From contig OZ024742.1 of assembly GCA_964016885.1 (NCBI GenBank), positions 60,698,001 through 60,762,000 of the forward strand: a stretch of 64,000 nt of DNA, read 5' to 3'. A program made the translations under genes and the position numbers. Each line of letters begins with the position of its first letter. Within the stretch, counting starts at the first letter, position 1. The stretch comes from Eledone cirrhosa. Lineage: Eukaryota. This document shows, piece after piece, positions 1 to 14,008 of this stretch. Below the pieces are notes generated by a model. The model made no database searches. It saw only the letters and a list, made by a program, of their open reading frames with translations, and was not told where the DNA came from.

Positions 1-339
1 TATATATGTGCGGATGTGCATATGTGTGTATGTATGTGTATGTATGTATATATATCTGCGCGTATATGTGTATGTATATGTACGAATGCGTACTCGTGTG
101 TGTGCATGTGTATATATACGGGTGCGTGTGTGTGTGCCTGTGTATATGCGTGCGCGTGTGTGTGTGTGTGTGTCTCTCTGTGTGCATGTATGCGTATATT
201 TGTGTGACTCTTTATGTGTTTGTGTACACATGGATATGTGTGTATGCTTCTGGGCGTGCATGTGTGAACGTAAGCACACAAGCTACTATGTATATGTCAG
301 TATCTCTATGTCTGTGTGTGCGTGTGGGAGTGTGAGCTG

Positions 340-752
340 ACAAACAGCAGTAATTTTGCCGACAGGACAGTAGGTGAGTGACAGCTCACGCGTGACGGTC
401 AGCGGGCTGTTACCAGTGGTCAGAATAATGATGACGTCACTAACTAGTGACCAACCCAAGGACGCGCAAAGCGGATGAAGGTGGACGATACAGACCTGTA
501 GGATCAGTAACCCCAGAAAGAGGACATGCTCCGAAATCAATAGACGTGTCCGAGGAACCTGCGAGTTTAGAGTCAGGTTGATCCACACACAGATCGCACC
601 TCGAGCTGTTCTTCGGGAAAACAATTGTAACACAATAAATTGAGTTGCGATGCAACACTGATTTTTCGTTTTCCATTCTATAATACTCTGCTCCGTAGCA
701 TCATAGAGTGCTCAACCGGGATATCGCCTATGGAAGCATATTAGCTACCATT
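340..752 (+). mobile_element. PLE-type pseudo-LTR (pLTR) remnant, same family as 8000-8358
   Basis: 630-752 aligns by eye with 8240-8358 (acacaataaa.tgagtt...catagagtgctcaac...cgcctatggaag...agctacca); flanked by microsatellites; three-stem fold at 500-584. Confidence 0.55.
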
Positions 753-753
753 A

Positions 754-848
<95 letters not shown>

Positions 849-949
849 CCCATCACTTTATATAAGTTGGCCTAATTACTTGGAAACCGCCAGAGATTCG
901 ATTTTACTGATTCCCAATTATATATATATATACATATATATACATATAT

Positions 950-1108
950 AGGAAAATGTTTAACCCCGACGGCAGGGCTCAAGCTATTTCGACGGCTTGA
1001 TCTCTGCCCTCGTGGTTATACATTTTCCTATTACCCACTCTATTACCCTAAGTATTGAGTACTCTGGTGCGTTAGGGTCTATCTGGTTCCTTACCACACT
1101 TCCTTCGT

Positions 1109-1109
<1 letters not shown>
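950..1109 (+). mobile_element. Short pLTR-tail element (half-HHR family), partial copy
   Basis: Reverse complement of the aacgaaggaa.tgtggtaaggaaccag...gtactcaatacttagggt unit also seen at 2645, 17862, 18048, 22125, 25165 and 34491; bounded by (TA)n. Confidence 0.65.
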
Positions 1110-1168
<59 letters not shown>

Positions 1169-1212
1169 TGTGTGTGTGTGTGTGTGCGTGTGTGTGTGTG
1201 CGTGTGTGTGTA

Positions 1213-1245
<33 letters not shown>

Positions 1246-1571
1246 GTGTGTGTGTGTTTTGAACAATGAAAATAAAACAAAATTTGAAGATAGGGGTTTC
1301 ATTAGTTTATCGTTTTAATATCGTTTCAGAAAGTTGATTGATCATGATATATCGATATATTGACTAATTGATAGTGGTTATGCCCCCCACCATATATTAC
1401 TAGTCCCAATATTCTAGATCCATCTCACCGTCATTACTTTGTTTTGCTGTATTTGTGATCATCTGCCCTTTGTACTTTTCTACCACCTTTTGAAAATTAA
1501 CGGTCGTTTATTACACACACACTCACATTCCCCCCCCCCTTCTTTCTCTCACACACAGTAATATACATATA

Positions 1572-1667
<96 letters not shown>

Positions 1668-2611
1668 ATGTCGTCGTCGTGATGGTGGGAAAATAGTGGT
1701 TAGTTGTGCAGCCAATGCCACTAGAGAAAATAAATTGCTAAGAGAATTTTAGTGCGGACCGGAATCAACAAACATCATCCAATATATACATACATATATT
1801 TGTACATAACCATATTAACACACGCATATATAGAAAGAGGAGGAGAGAGATAGAAACTGATTACTGTAGTCGTTGAAGAGTTTAATGTCACAACGCACTT
1901 TGTGATTAGATAAGGTAAGAAATTCTTCATATGTTTCATAATTTGTATATGTATAACTTCATTTTCCATAGAATGTTCGTTAGTTGTTAAAATCTCTAGG
2001 CAATAAATTGGTTGTGTTTCTACAATATTCAATTTATTTTGACAATGTTCATACAAATCCTAATTAATGGGTATTTTATAACATCGAATGTTTATGGGGC
2101 TGGTCAGAGTAAAATTGAAATTAAAGAGATCCATAACGTAAATGACAAATACATAAGTTACCACGAATTTTAAGAACATCTTGGTTTCGAATCCAAATGT
2201 TATCAATTCAGGCATGATGTCATGTCTTAAGCCATAAACAAAAGCAGCATCACCATTGTGTTTTCCTTTAGATATTTCAGTTTTTTCTTGGAATTACTTA
2301 AATATTTCTTGAAAGATATCGTTAAAAGAATGTCAACACTCAAGCTGAATATATATTGTGATAGTTGCAAACGTGATGCAAAAATCTGTTCGGTTCGGAC
2401 GTAGTTGTCATGACAACAGACAAGGAAAGTGTTCATGTTTTGTCATTTTTGTTTTTCTAAAATAGCAGCTGCTCTGAAAGTGAAGATGTCATGATATCAT
2501 GACATAACATTCAGAGATACATGCACATATAATAAATGCCATGCTCACACGTGTATACATACTTTCGCACAGACACGCATACACAGACACAGACACAGAG
2601 ACAGACCCCTC

Positions 2612-2645
<34 letters not shown>

Positions 2646-2728
2646 ACGAAGGTAGTGTGATAAGGAGCCAGGTGGACCATAAATAGCCGTCTAAACGGCT
2701 TGAGCTCTGCCGTCGGGGTCTTGAACAT

Positions 2729-2774
<46 letters not shown>

Positions 2775-2780
<6 letters not shown>

Positions 2781-3358
2781 ATACTTTGGGAGGGTCATGT
2801 TGCCAATAAGAAATACACGCACCAGTTGCTTTCACTTCAATTTAATTTAATATATATTTATAAATTTACAAATTTATAAATTTCTGGTTGGTTGGTTGGT
2901 TCCACAACCAGATAGTTGTTTATATATATATAGTCATAGTTCTTTCGTCACACACTCTGTGACCTCTTCAGTGACTGGGGATTTCTTTCTTCGTTTCTGT
3001 GCCTTTCCTTTCTTCTATCCTACGCCATTTTGTTTGACACACAAACAAAATGGCGTAGGATAGAAGAAAGGAAAGGCACAGAAACGAAGAAAGAAATCCC
3101 CAGTCACTGAAGAGGTCACAGAGTGTGTGACGAAAGAACTATGACTATATATATATAAACAACTATCTGGTTGTGGAACCAACCAACCAACCAGAAATTT
3201 ATAAATTTGTAAATTTATAAATATATATTAAATTAAATTGAAGTGAAAGCAACTGGTGCGTGTATTTCTTATTGGCAACATGACCCTCCCAAAGTATAAC
3301 AATATCGGTTTCAACACACGATTTCAGATAAAGAATCTTGCTAAACAAATTCAGAAAC

Positions 3359-3360
<2 letters not shown>
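2775..3360. mobile_element. Inverted-duplicate solo pLTR of the 8447-13837 PLE family
   Basis: Near-perfect ~265-bp inverted repeat centred near 3038; matches the pLTR at 13600-13835; both ends abut (TA)n. Confidence 0.85.
3102..3146 (+). ncRNA. Minimal type I hammerhead ribozyme (mirror copy 2932-2976, minus)
   Basis: AGTCA-CTGAAGA-GGTCACAgagtgTGTGAC-GAAA-GAAC-TA-TGACT: 5-bp stem I, canonical core, stem II, CUA triplet, very short stem III typical of PLE HHRs. Confidence 0.8.
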
Positions 3361-3405
<45 letters not shown>

Positions 3406-4999
3406 CATACATAGTGAGTGTGTTCTGTTGTTATTTCTGGCAATATTATAACAATATGACCTTCCCTAAATATAACAATATATATATATATATACAAATG
3501 TGTTAGACAGTGCACTGCATGGATTTGGGAAGCAGTGCTCATTACCATAATTGAGTTTAGTATATTGTAAATGCGGTTCCAAAACACCTTTACACAGATG
3601 TTTACCAGGTACTTTATCAGTTTCTCGGAGAGCAAAATAACTTTTGCTGAGGAACCTGCCGCACTGGGGTGAAGATTAATGGTAATTCAGTTAGCCTTAT
3701 TTATACATCTAAATCCGTCACTCACAAAGGAGTATGACTGTATTGTATGTTTCAAGCTTTTGCGAAGTGCTTTAGGGTTTCACGCAGTCGTGTTAAGACA
3801 CAGAAGCCTGATTGATATACCACCCCATCACCACTCTCCTGCCACACAAGTGTCAAACTACTGAAAACACACGAAGCCATTGTCACTCCACCACCCGTAC
3901 GCCAGTATCATATTATCAAACATTTTTTACCCGTTTAATAATGTATGGAAAGCACGTGGTAATGACAGCTTATAGGGCCCTAGAATGGTGGGTGGAAGGT
4001 TGGTTGTCAGGTATTCTTAAATCATAAACCTAGTTCGAATGTTTTCAACAGATTGGTCTCGGTTAAAGCCACCCAAGTACTAGGTGGTGCTAAGTCTATC
4101 ACCCACGTAGATCACGACATTAACAAATATATAGAGCAAAGCCCTCGCATTTTGAGGATTCTATCAGCAGGTACTTTACTTATTATTCGACTTCAACCGG
4201 ATTTGAAGCAAATCAACAATAATGCATTCAGACTCTGATGAGTTTGCCATTCAGCCTCACTAGAGTAAAGACCCCCTTCGGTCAAGACTATGGATTTTTT
4301 TTACCGAGAAAGTCTCCCTCCGCTAATGAATACTGGTCTCTCCTTTCCAAGCCAACAATGTTGTCCAAAGGAAAAACAAAAAGTGAGAAAACTTAGCAGC
4401 AATGACGCCGCAACTCATTTTCATCCCCAGAGTATACTGGAGCGATGTGAAATAAAGCATCTTGCTCAAGGACACATAGCACCACTCCGTCTGGGAATCG
4501 AGTTCATAACCTCTTGATTGTGGACCCAACTCTCTAATGAGCCTTCAACCTCCCTAACTATCCCTCGAGGAATGAGGATAAGTGAAGCTGACAATGATGT
4601 GTTTTGAATTCTGAACTCAAAATGCCATAATGAATAATTAGTTCGGATTTAAGGCCAGCAGATTTGAGGGAGAATCAAAGTTGATTAAATCAGCATCAGT
4701 ACTTGATTGGTACATTATTTTATTGACTCTGGAAAAGCTGGGCGAGAGTTGAATACAGAATGTAAAAACAGAATAAATACCGTAACGTTATTTTATCCAA
4801 CGCTCTACCAATTCACTACCCTAATGCCGGCATAGATTTTGTTCAGTTTGAGAGTAAAAAAGTACTCCATTTTGACACCTCAGTCAAGCATCACTTCTTA
4901 GATTCATCCTTGTGAACGATAAATGATTCCAAAGTTAATATATCCATTAATCACATAAGTTCAAATATCAAAAGAAGAAATGAAACTTATTAAGTATGG

Positions 5000-5592
5000 A
5001 AGAGCCTGAGTTAAAGATACTATTGTAACTATAACATTTCTCAAATATTCTTATGATATAAAAAAAATGCTGTTCAATATTTTCCTGAAAGTGTATCTTC
5101 GTAATCGATACTGTGGCGACAGAAATAGTTCATCATTTTCATAATAGAATTATTGATTTTTAAAATATTATTAAGCATCGAACAAATTATTTCTATTTTC
5201 AAAGTTTATTGTTAGACAATAAAATATAAAAATTTCTTATTTTCAAAATGATCGAATAACTCTCTAGTACTGAAGATAGAGTATCATTCTTTCCTTATTT
5301 GAACCCCCCCCCCCCCCTCCCCCCGTCCAGCACCCTCATTGTTTGTTATTGGCCGAAAAATTTGGAAATTGTTCCATCTCATTTCTCTTTTCTGTATTTA
5401 TTAATAAAAGGGTAAGAAAAGTTCAAAATATAAAAATATGAATCAGATGAGATAATTAACGAGGCAATAAATAAGCTTACTATCTTGATTTAATAGCTGA
5501 AGGATTGCAAATATTAAAGTATGCCTTTATCAGCCATACTTATTTACAAAGTTGACCTTAGTGTTCTGATTAGTGTTGATAATCAAATGGTA
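5000..5592 (+). repeat. Dispersed repeat shared with ~14040-14540 (unclassified)
   Basis: Shared blocks such as tctgtatttattaataaaagggtaagaaaagttcaaaatataaaaa and tgttctgattagtgttgataatcaaatg. Confidence 0.65.
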
Positions 5593-7701
5593 TTTAATTG
5601 CCGCTAGTAGATCGTTACGCAAATATAGCGAAGGCGGAGAAACTAATCTTGTAACGTCTATAGCCAACTGATTATTACTGTTCTTTAACCCCCATACCAA
5701 CCATGCTTGAAAACATATCGTCGAAAACAAAGACGTTTCATATGTGGAATGCCTATAATTTAACCAGGCACTGTACGTCGTGGACAACATTTTATATGTC
5801 TTCAATACTTGTATAATCCTATTGTTTTTTCAATGTGGTGGAAAAGGTAGTGCTCACAAGCCGTTTCTTGCACATACACCCTTCTCAAGATTGGTCAAGT
5901 GTCAGGGGAGCTGATCGAAATGCTTGAAACAAAGTGACACATTAAGTATGTAAATCCACGGAGGTCATCTCGCATTTAAATTTGAAGGAAAAGAATAGCA
6001 TCAAATAACACAAAGAAACTTGTCCAATGTTCTGATTTATTTTATGAACCCCTGAAGGATAAAAAGTATAGCTGATATCGACAGGATTTGCACTCAGAAC
6101 GCAGAGATCCTGTAGAGCATTTTGAAAATTCACCGAGTATGGCAGTGTGCTATATGAAGAAGCTTTGGCTGCTATTACTTGCAGATTAAACATCCACGTG
6201 TGATGATCGATGGACACTAACTGTAAGCAATATGTGGATGCTATTTTGTATGAAATGTTTCTGTTGTTTATATCTCAGGAAATGCTTAAGCACTGAATGA
6301 CGAGATGTCGAAATTATATAACAGAAAATTATATAAAATTAAAACATTTAAGTAAATTAATTGATTAATTGATTCTTATTTAGTTTTGGTTTAGCTGGTT
6401 TAAAAGTGCTAGACGTTTGGGAGCCCCACTCCTCCCTAGTTCCACGTTTCATCATATCTTAACGGATTACGTCCAGATATCCGACCCCCCCCCCCCCCTC
6501 TCCAGAAGACGCATGCACTCCAGAGTGAAATCTTTCGATATATAGGGAAGGGGTTTTGGATTTAAGAGTGTTCCCCGTAGCTTGCATTATACAATAGCGA
6601 AACCGATTGTGGGCTCCGGGCCCACAAGTCTAACCGTTAATGAGATATTAGGTGGATCTGTAGACAATTAAATATTGCAGGACGACTACAGCTAACTTAA
6701 AATAAATATCAGAATCAAGATGAAATAGGGATAAATTATATTACAGTAAATTAGAGGAAGGCCAGAAACGTAGAATATAAGAGAAACAGCAAGTATGAAA
6801 TGTGACTATGTACGAGATAAAAAGACAATGGGTAAAAAATGGATAACAGAAGAAAATGAAAAGTACATATAATATAATAAATGATATGAAATAGATGCAA
6901 TGAAATACCATAACATAGTCAGAGATCCGTTCAGGGGTAACATTACATAGTTACAAATGAGCCTAAATATATAGAATATGGATTGAGATAATAGATTGGG
7001 AAAAATAGAAAATATAATGTTAAGATCGTGATAGAGATAGAGTTAATAGTGCTCATAAAGAGACTTTCACTGGTTTGCCACTTTGTGTACAGCAGGTGAG
7101 AGGGGAGAGAGTCTCTCCCGTAGGTGCTCTTCTATTCATGGATAGCCTCCGGTTAAATTCTATAAAGTGTTGTCCGTGGTCAAGAGATGTTGTTACGTTC
7201 TGTGTTCTGCAGTCTAGAAATATAAGTTCGGTCCTCTGGTAAGCTGGATGTTTAAATCGAGTCCGTGCTTCATGCCGTGTGATTCGTCAGAGCATATGAA
7301 ACCATTACTTGTTTATTGCATCAACAAAGCGCTTAACTTTAAAGGATCATTTAATTATTATACTATGAAGCTAACCAACGATGAACGTGCAGACTAGATT
7401 TTGGTCGGTTGGCTGTGATCCAGATGAAATAAAGCACTCAAGGACGTGTATAAATGGTACAACTAAAATATAGAGGTATAAATAAAACTAAATATACTAT
7501 TTATAGCCGACAAACTGCTCAATACAATATGGCCAAAGCTAGTCCGAAGCTTCGTAAATTCCCTCATCAGTGGAATTAGTGGTGCCTCAATATTTAAACT
7601 GGGAAGGTGTAGATAGTGGGTACTGTTTTACTGAGTTAAATGAGGAAGAGTGCGGTGTATTGTGCCATTGACAGATGAACTCAATAGATTATAATGAATA
7701 A

Positions 7702-7999
<298 letters not shown>

Positions 8000-8357
8000 T
8001 AATATAAAACGAAACATCAGTCATGCATCTGGACTCAGTTTATTGTGTGTTACATTTGTTTCGCCGGCAGATAGCTCGAGACACGATCATTTATGGACCT
8101 GTCTGATTCTAGATCTGCAGGTTCGTCGGACACAGTACTTCCGAAAGTATCGCCTGTGTCCGACGAACCTGCAGATCTAGAATCAGACAGGTCCATAAAT
8201 GATCGTGTCTCGAGCTATCTGCCGGCGAAACAAATGTAACACACAATAAACTGAGTTCAGATGCATGACTTGTTTCGTTTTATATTATATCACACTCTGC
8301 TCTGTAAGAACATAGAGTGCTCAACTGGCATACCGCCTATGGAAGTATCATAGCTAC

Positions 8358-8358
<1 letters not shown>
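8000..8358. mobile_element. Fold-back pLTR-like element
   Basis: Inverted arms ~8000-8137 and ~8154-8290 around a small loop; the right arm continues ~70 bp to (CA)n. Confidence 0.8.
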
Positions 8359-8448
<90 letters not shown>

Positions 8449-9835
8449 CGTTTCTGAATTTGTTTAGCAAGATTCTTTATCTGAAAACATGTTTTGAAAC
8501 CGATATTGTTATACTTTGGAAGGGTCATGTTGCCAATAAGAGACACACGCACCAAATGTTCAGTCCAATTTATTATAAATTAAAAAAAAAAAATATTTTA
8601 TTTAAAAAAAAAAAAAAAAAAATTTCCGGTTGGTTGGTTGGTTCCACAACCGTGCGGTTGTTCATATATAGTCAAAGTTCTTTCGGCACACTTTCTGTGA
8701 CCTCTTCAGTGCCTGGCGATTCTTTTCTTTGTTTTGTGCCTTTCCTTTGTTCTGTCCTACGCCATCTTGTTTTTGTGTGTGTTGTGTGCTTAGTTTGCGT
8801 ATGTGTTACAGCCGGGTGTCTGTGTGTGTTTTTATTTGTTTATTTATTTGTTTATTTACATGTTACTGGTTGGTTGTTTGTTATATGTGTGTGTGTTTTC
8901 ATTTTGTCCTTATTTTTATTTCTATGTTCTCTAATCTGCCCTTATGTTCTATTTTAGCATGTTGGTGGAGTATTGATGATTCTTTTCTATCTTGAAGCTC
9001 TCACCAGTGTTCATTTAACCGTTCTCCTATACTACGAGCTGTCTCACCTATGTACACTATATTCTTATCTTTACATTGTCCTTCAGTACATCTTATGCTA
9101 TATACTATGTTTCTAGTTTTACAGTTAATATGGGGGCTTAGTTCACAGATTATGCATTTCTTATCTATACAGGGAGGTCTTTGAAAAGGGTATGTATTAC
9201 TAAAACGTGTTTTTATGGAGGTACCTGGTCTTTCTACTATCTTAATATTAATTTAAGTTTATCTAGGGTCCTTCTAAATTTGTAAGCTAATTTACCTCTA
9301 GGGGTTGTATTGAGGAACATTACACTCTGGTATTTATTGCTATCATACCATGAGTTTATTCTTTTAACCTTATTCCTAGTTCTTTCTATTCTATTCCAAA
9401 ATGTGCTTCTATACAAGGGACAGGTCCTATTTGTATCATTATTTACCATTTTTTCCCATTTGGTTCTGGCTCCTCTATATACTCTGATTTTATCTCGCTG
9501 ATTGTAACCAGAGAACTGCATACGGTGGATGAAGCGTTCTATGTGTCTCTATAGTTCTTTGGCGTTGCACATGCGGGACACGTTTCTCATCACCCGTACT
9601 AAATCTGCAATCAGTATGTTGATTGTGGCGTGATCCGAAACAGCTGAGTTTCGGTGGATCAGATATTTGGAAGTCATGGGTTTGGCATAATGGGAATGGG
9701 GGATTTGTTTTTTGTTATTAATGGTTTCTAACCAGAGCTCTGTGTCTAGTACAGGTAATCGATGGTTGGGGTGTTTGCTTGGGTAGTCTATAGTAACTCT
9801 AATACTCTGGTGGATGGAGTTAGCTTATTGGCAAC

Positions 9836-12800
9836 ATGACCCTCCCAAAGTATAAAAAAATCTGTTTCAACACACGTTTTCAGATAAAGAATCTTGCTAA
9901 AGTAATTCACAAACGAATTATCGTAAGCCTTAGCCACGCTAACAAGATACAGAAAACTACCATGTTCTGTTGTCTACGAAAAACAATAACATCTCGACAA
10001 TTACACTTCATAAAAGAATGGGCCTCATCCCGAGTTTACACCAACACCATCAACACCGATGTACGAAGATTACAACTTACCAAAAAACAAGCAGATAGGC
10101 TAAAACTAATACTAATTCTAAACATAAAAAATAAGATTTACAGAGAATTAAGTCACCAAGAAAAACATAAGCGTAACCTAATTCAAGAAATAACTAAGAT
10201 CGCCACACCAAGAGAAAAATTACAATACATAAACATTATACGCGAAGAAGAAAATTACATCATCCAAGAATGCAACAAACACTTTAACAAGAAATTAAAG
10301 TGACTCAAACAGATGAAACTAAACCAAGAGCCTTCACAGAATAGAGATAAATATCCAGATAGGATTGATTGTATAAACATGGCCGATTAATGGATGAATT
10401 TAACAACAACACAAATATATACGGCAACACTACAGTAGACCCGGCGAACTATCCATATTATAGCTACCACATAAATATGCCACATATAAAAAGGTACATA
10501 TGATAAGATGCTTCTCAGAAATAGAAAAATCATTTAAAAAATTACGCTGGAGCCTCAAAAACAACAACAACAAAAACAAAAGTAACGACATACGCACACA
10601 CACATACAACACACATCCCAACAAGAACAGACACACAGGCACAAACAATGATAACAACAACACAACAATAATAACATACTCAGAAACAAAAACAATAACA
10701 ACAACACACACAACAATAATAACAACATACACGGAGACAACAACAACAACAACAACACACAACAATAACAACAACACACACACATCGTATGCTTCTCAAC
10801 ACCACCACAATCTTAACAGACACACAGACACAGGTAACAGATAATTAGAGTAACACAGAAGTAAGGGAAGGTAATGGGATTGAAATAAGAAAAGAGACTA
10901 CCGATACTGACAGAGAAAATAACCAGGACGAACACACAGACACACAAAATAAAGTAGATAATAACAATGAGCCAAAGGAAAGAGACAGGAGTAATAATGA
11001 GAGACATAGAAACAACCATGAGGCTGTTGGTGAAGATAGAAATAGAAACAACACAACTAACAATAACAAAAGAAATAGTACACATAAAGCAACAGCCTGG
11101 AATTCTACTTTTTATAACCCTTTGGATATGTCCTTCGACCTACGACGAGTCCACGCCACGACTTTAGCTTTTAACAAACGCACGCAATTGCCGGCGCAGG
11201 TCGATGAACAAACAGAAGCACAATTTAGTATAGCTAGATCTAAACTTAGAAATATTATAGAACAGTATAGGAAGAAGCAAAATAGAATGGAGGACCAGCA
11301 ACTGGGAGAAAAATCTGCAAATTGCTTGCGTAAGCTCATGCAGCGCTCACGTAATGGAGAGATTGCATGCTTTCCAACAGACACGTCTGGCAGAATGTCG
11401 GGAGACAGTCTGTCAAACTACATCCAGGCAATTGAACCCCACATCACTTACACAAGAGAAGTAGCACCACAAGAGCATGAAGATAGGGAGAAAACCCTCA
11501 ATCCTCATATGATGATGTGGACAAACATAATGCAGCCCAATAAACGGACTGCCAACAACTTCCAGGCCTGGAACAATGACGTGCCAGCGTTGTATGGGCT
11601 TCGAAAAGACTATAAGACGAACAGTGACCCAGTCACAGGACCACCAACACGGCCAGTCTGTGGAGTTAACATTGCTAGTAACTACAGACTTTCCTACTTC
11701 CTCTCCCTGATCATATGCCCCATCATTGAAATGTCCCCGGATATATGTGACAGCACGGAGGACCTCCTCAGCAGAATCAGTCAGCGAAAATAACCGATCT
11801 AGGGACTTAACATACTGTATAATAGGTAGTATGGATGTTGTATCCCTATATCCATCCATTGACGTGGATTTTGCTGTGGAGAAATGCGTAGAAATGATCA
11901 GTGAGAACAATGTTCAATTCCGTGGGATTGATACCAGTGAGCTGGGACTCCTACTTAAACATACTTATAGTAATGATTATCTAGATACGTATGACCTTAC
12001 CAACCTCTGTCCCACAAGACCAGCAAGAGGCAGACCACCTACCATTACCTCAGTGGCCAAGAAAACCCACACAGAAAGATGGAACGGGTGGACCAGAGCC
12101 ATACGGACCCCCGAAAACCACTATGAACTAAAGAAAATGATTGCACATGCGGTGCGGGCCAGTATAAAACTACCACTTAAGGAACATGTGTTCAAATTTA
12201 ATGGAAAAACATATGTCCAAGAGGAGGAGCAGCCATTGTTGTTAGCATTGCAGGTGACATAGCTAACCTATTCATGGGATGGTGGGACAATAAACTTAAA
12301 GAACAATTAGAAGACAACAACGTCTTAACCCTGATAATGTACTCTCGCTACGTTGATGATATAAACATCGTAGTAAAAACACCCCCAATAGAAAAGTAGT
12401 CAGGAAGTAGAGAAAAACACCATGGAAAGCATCCAGCAAATAGCTGACTCCATCCACCAGAGTGTTAGAGTTACTATAGACTACACAAGCAAACACCCCA
12501 ACCATCGATTACCTGTACTAGACACAGAGCTCTGGTTAGAAACCATTAATAACAAAAAACAAATCCTCCATTCCCATTATGCCAAGCCCATGACTTCCAA
12601 ATATCTGATCGACCGAAACTCAGGTGTTTCGGATCACACCAAAATCAACATACTGATTGCAGATTTAGTACGGGTGATGAGAAACGTGTCCCGCATGTGC
12701 AACCCCAAAGAACTAGAGAGACACATAGAACACTTCATCCACCGTATGCAGTTCTCTGGTTACAATCCGCGAGATAAAATCAGAGTATATAGAGGAGCCA

Positions 12801-13455
12801 GAACCAAATGGGAAAAAATGGTAAATAATGATACAAATGGGACCTGCCCCTTGTATAGGAGCACTAGGAATAAGGTTAATAGAATATACTCATGGTATGA
12901 TAACAATAAATACCAGAGTGTAATGCTCCTCAATACAACGCCTAGAGGTAAATTAGCTTACAAATTTAGAAGGACCCTAGATAAACTTAAATTAATATTA
13001 AGATAGTAGAAAGACCAGGTACCTCCATAAAAACACGTATTAGTAATACATACCCTTTTCAAAGACCTCCCTGTATATATAAGAAATGCATAATCTGTGA
13101 ACTAAGCCCCCATATTAACTGTAAAACTAGAAACAGAGTATATAGCATAAGATGATATGAAGGACAATGTAAAGATAAGAATATAGTGTACATAGGTGAA
13201 ACAGCTCGAAGTATAGGAGAACGGTTAAATGAACACTGGCGAGAGCTTCAATGTAGAAAAGAATCATCAATACTCCACCAACATGCTAAAATAGAACATA
13301 AGGGCAAATTAGAGAACATAGAAATAAAAATAAAATCTACACACAGAAAATACGCAATGTTTAGACAAATCACAGAGGCAATAAACATAAAAAAACTCCA
13401 ACCAAAATTAAATAGAAAACATGAATGGAATAGCAACATCACAACTTACAATTAA
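9836..13455 (+). pseudogene. PLE polyprotein (reverse transcriptase, Cys-rich linker, GIY-YIG endonuclease), frameshifted
   Basis: PALYGLRK, GSMDVVSLYPSID, DIANLFMGWWD, YSRYVDD (12340-12360), LPVLD, HYAKPM, RMQFSGY; IVYSIRC...YIGETARSIGERLNEH...EAINIK..PKLN; several frameshifts and stops. Confidence 0.9.
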
Positions 13456-13650
13456 GGACAAAATGAAAACACACACACATAGAACAAACAACCAACCAGT
13501 AACATGTAAATAAACAAATAAATAAACAAATAAAAACACACACAGACACCCGGATGTAACACATGTGCAAACTAAGCACACAACACACACAACACAAGAT
13601 GGCGTAGGACAGAACAAAGGAGAGGCACCAAACAAAGAAAAGAATCCCCA

Positions 13651-13693
13651 GTCACTGAAGAGGTCACAGAATGTGTGACGAAAGAACTTTGAC
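13651..13693 (+). ncRNA. Minimal type I HHR in the pLTR (homologues at 8670-8714 minus, 24973-25015, 42712-42756 minus, 43277-43320)
   Basis: GTCA-CTGAAGA-GGTCACAgaatgTGTGAC-GAAA-GAAC-TT-TGAC. Confidence 0.75.
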
Positions 13694-13938
13694 AATATAT
13701 GAACAACCGTCCAGTTGTGGAACCAACTAACCAACCGGAAGAAATAAAACGTTTTTTTTTAAATTTATAATAAATTGGAGTGAAGCGACTGGTGCGTGTG
13801 TTTCTTATTGGCATGACCCTCCCAAAGTATAACCACATATATATATATATTTATTAAAATAACAGATTCAAGTTTTCATATATATTTAATATATATTTAT
13901 CCTTATCGAGCCCTCTTTGGATTTCAAATTTTTATTAT

Positions 13939-14008
<70 letters not shown>

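Larger units (their letters stand above)
8447..13837 (+). mobile_element. Near full-length Penelope-like retroelement with a 1.4-kb inverted copy of its 3' part (8447-9822)
   Basis: RT and GIY-YIG motifs; pLTR with HHR at 13651-13693; partial pLTR at 9823-9915; 8447-9822 is the reverse complement of 12442-13837 plus extra tail; (TA)n on both sides. Confidence 0.92.

Noticed and set aside
6-340. ORFs rich in CV/YI/HT/SL/RE repeats here and throughout the window
   Set aside because: Translations of (TG)n, (TA)n, (CA)n and (GA)n microsatellites
4230-4275. CTGATGA hammerhead-like start
   Set aside because: No correctly placed GAAA, stem III or stem I partner
6500-6550. CCAGAAGA...GAAA-TCtttcGA-TA motif
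   Set aside because: Core mutated and stems I/II unconvincing; at most a decayed HHR
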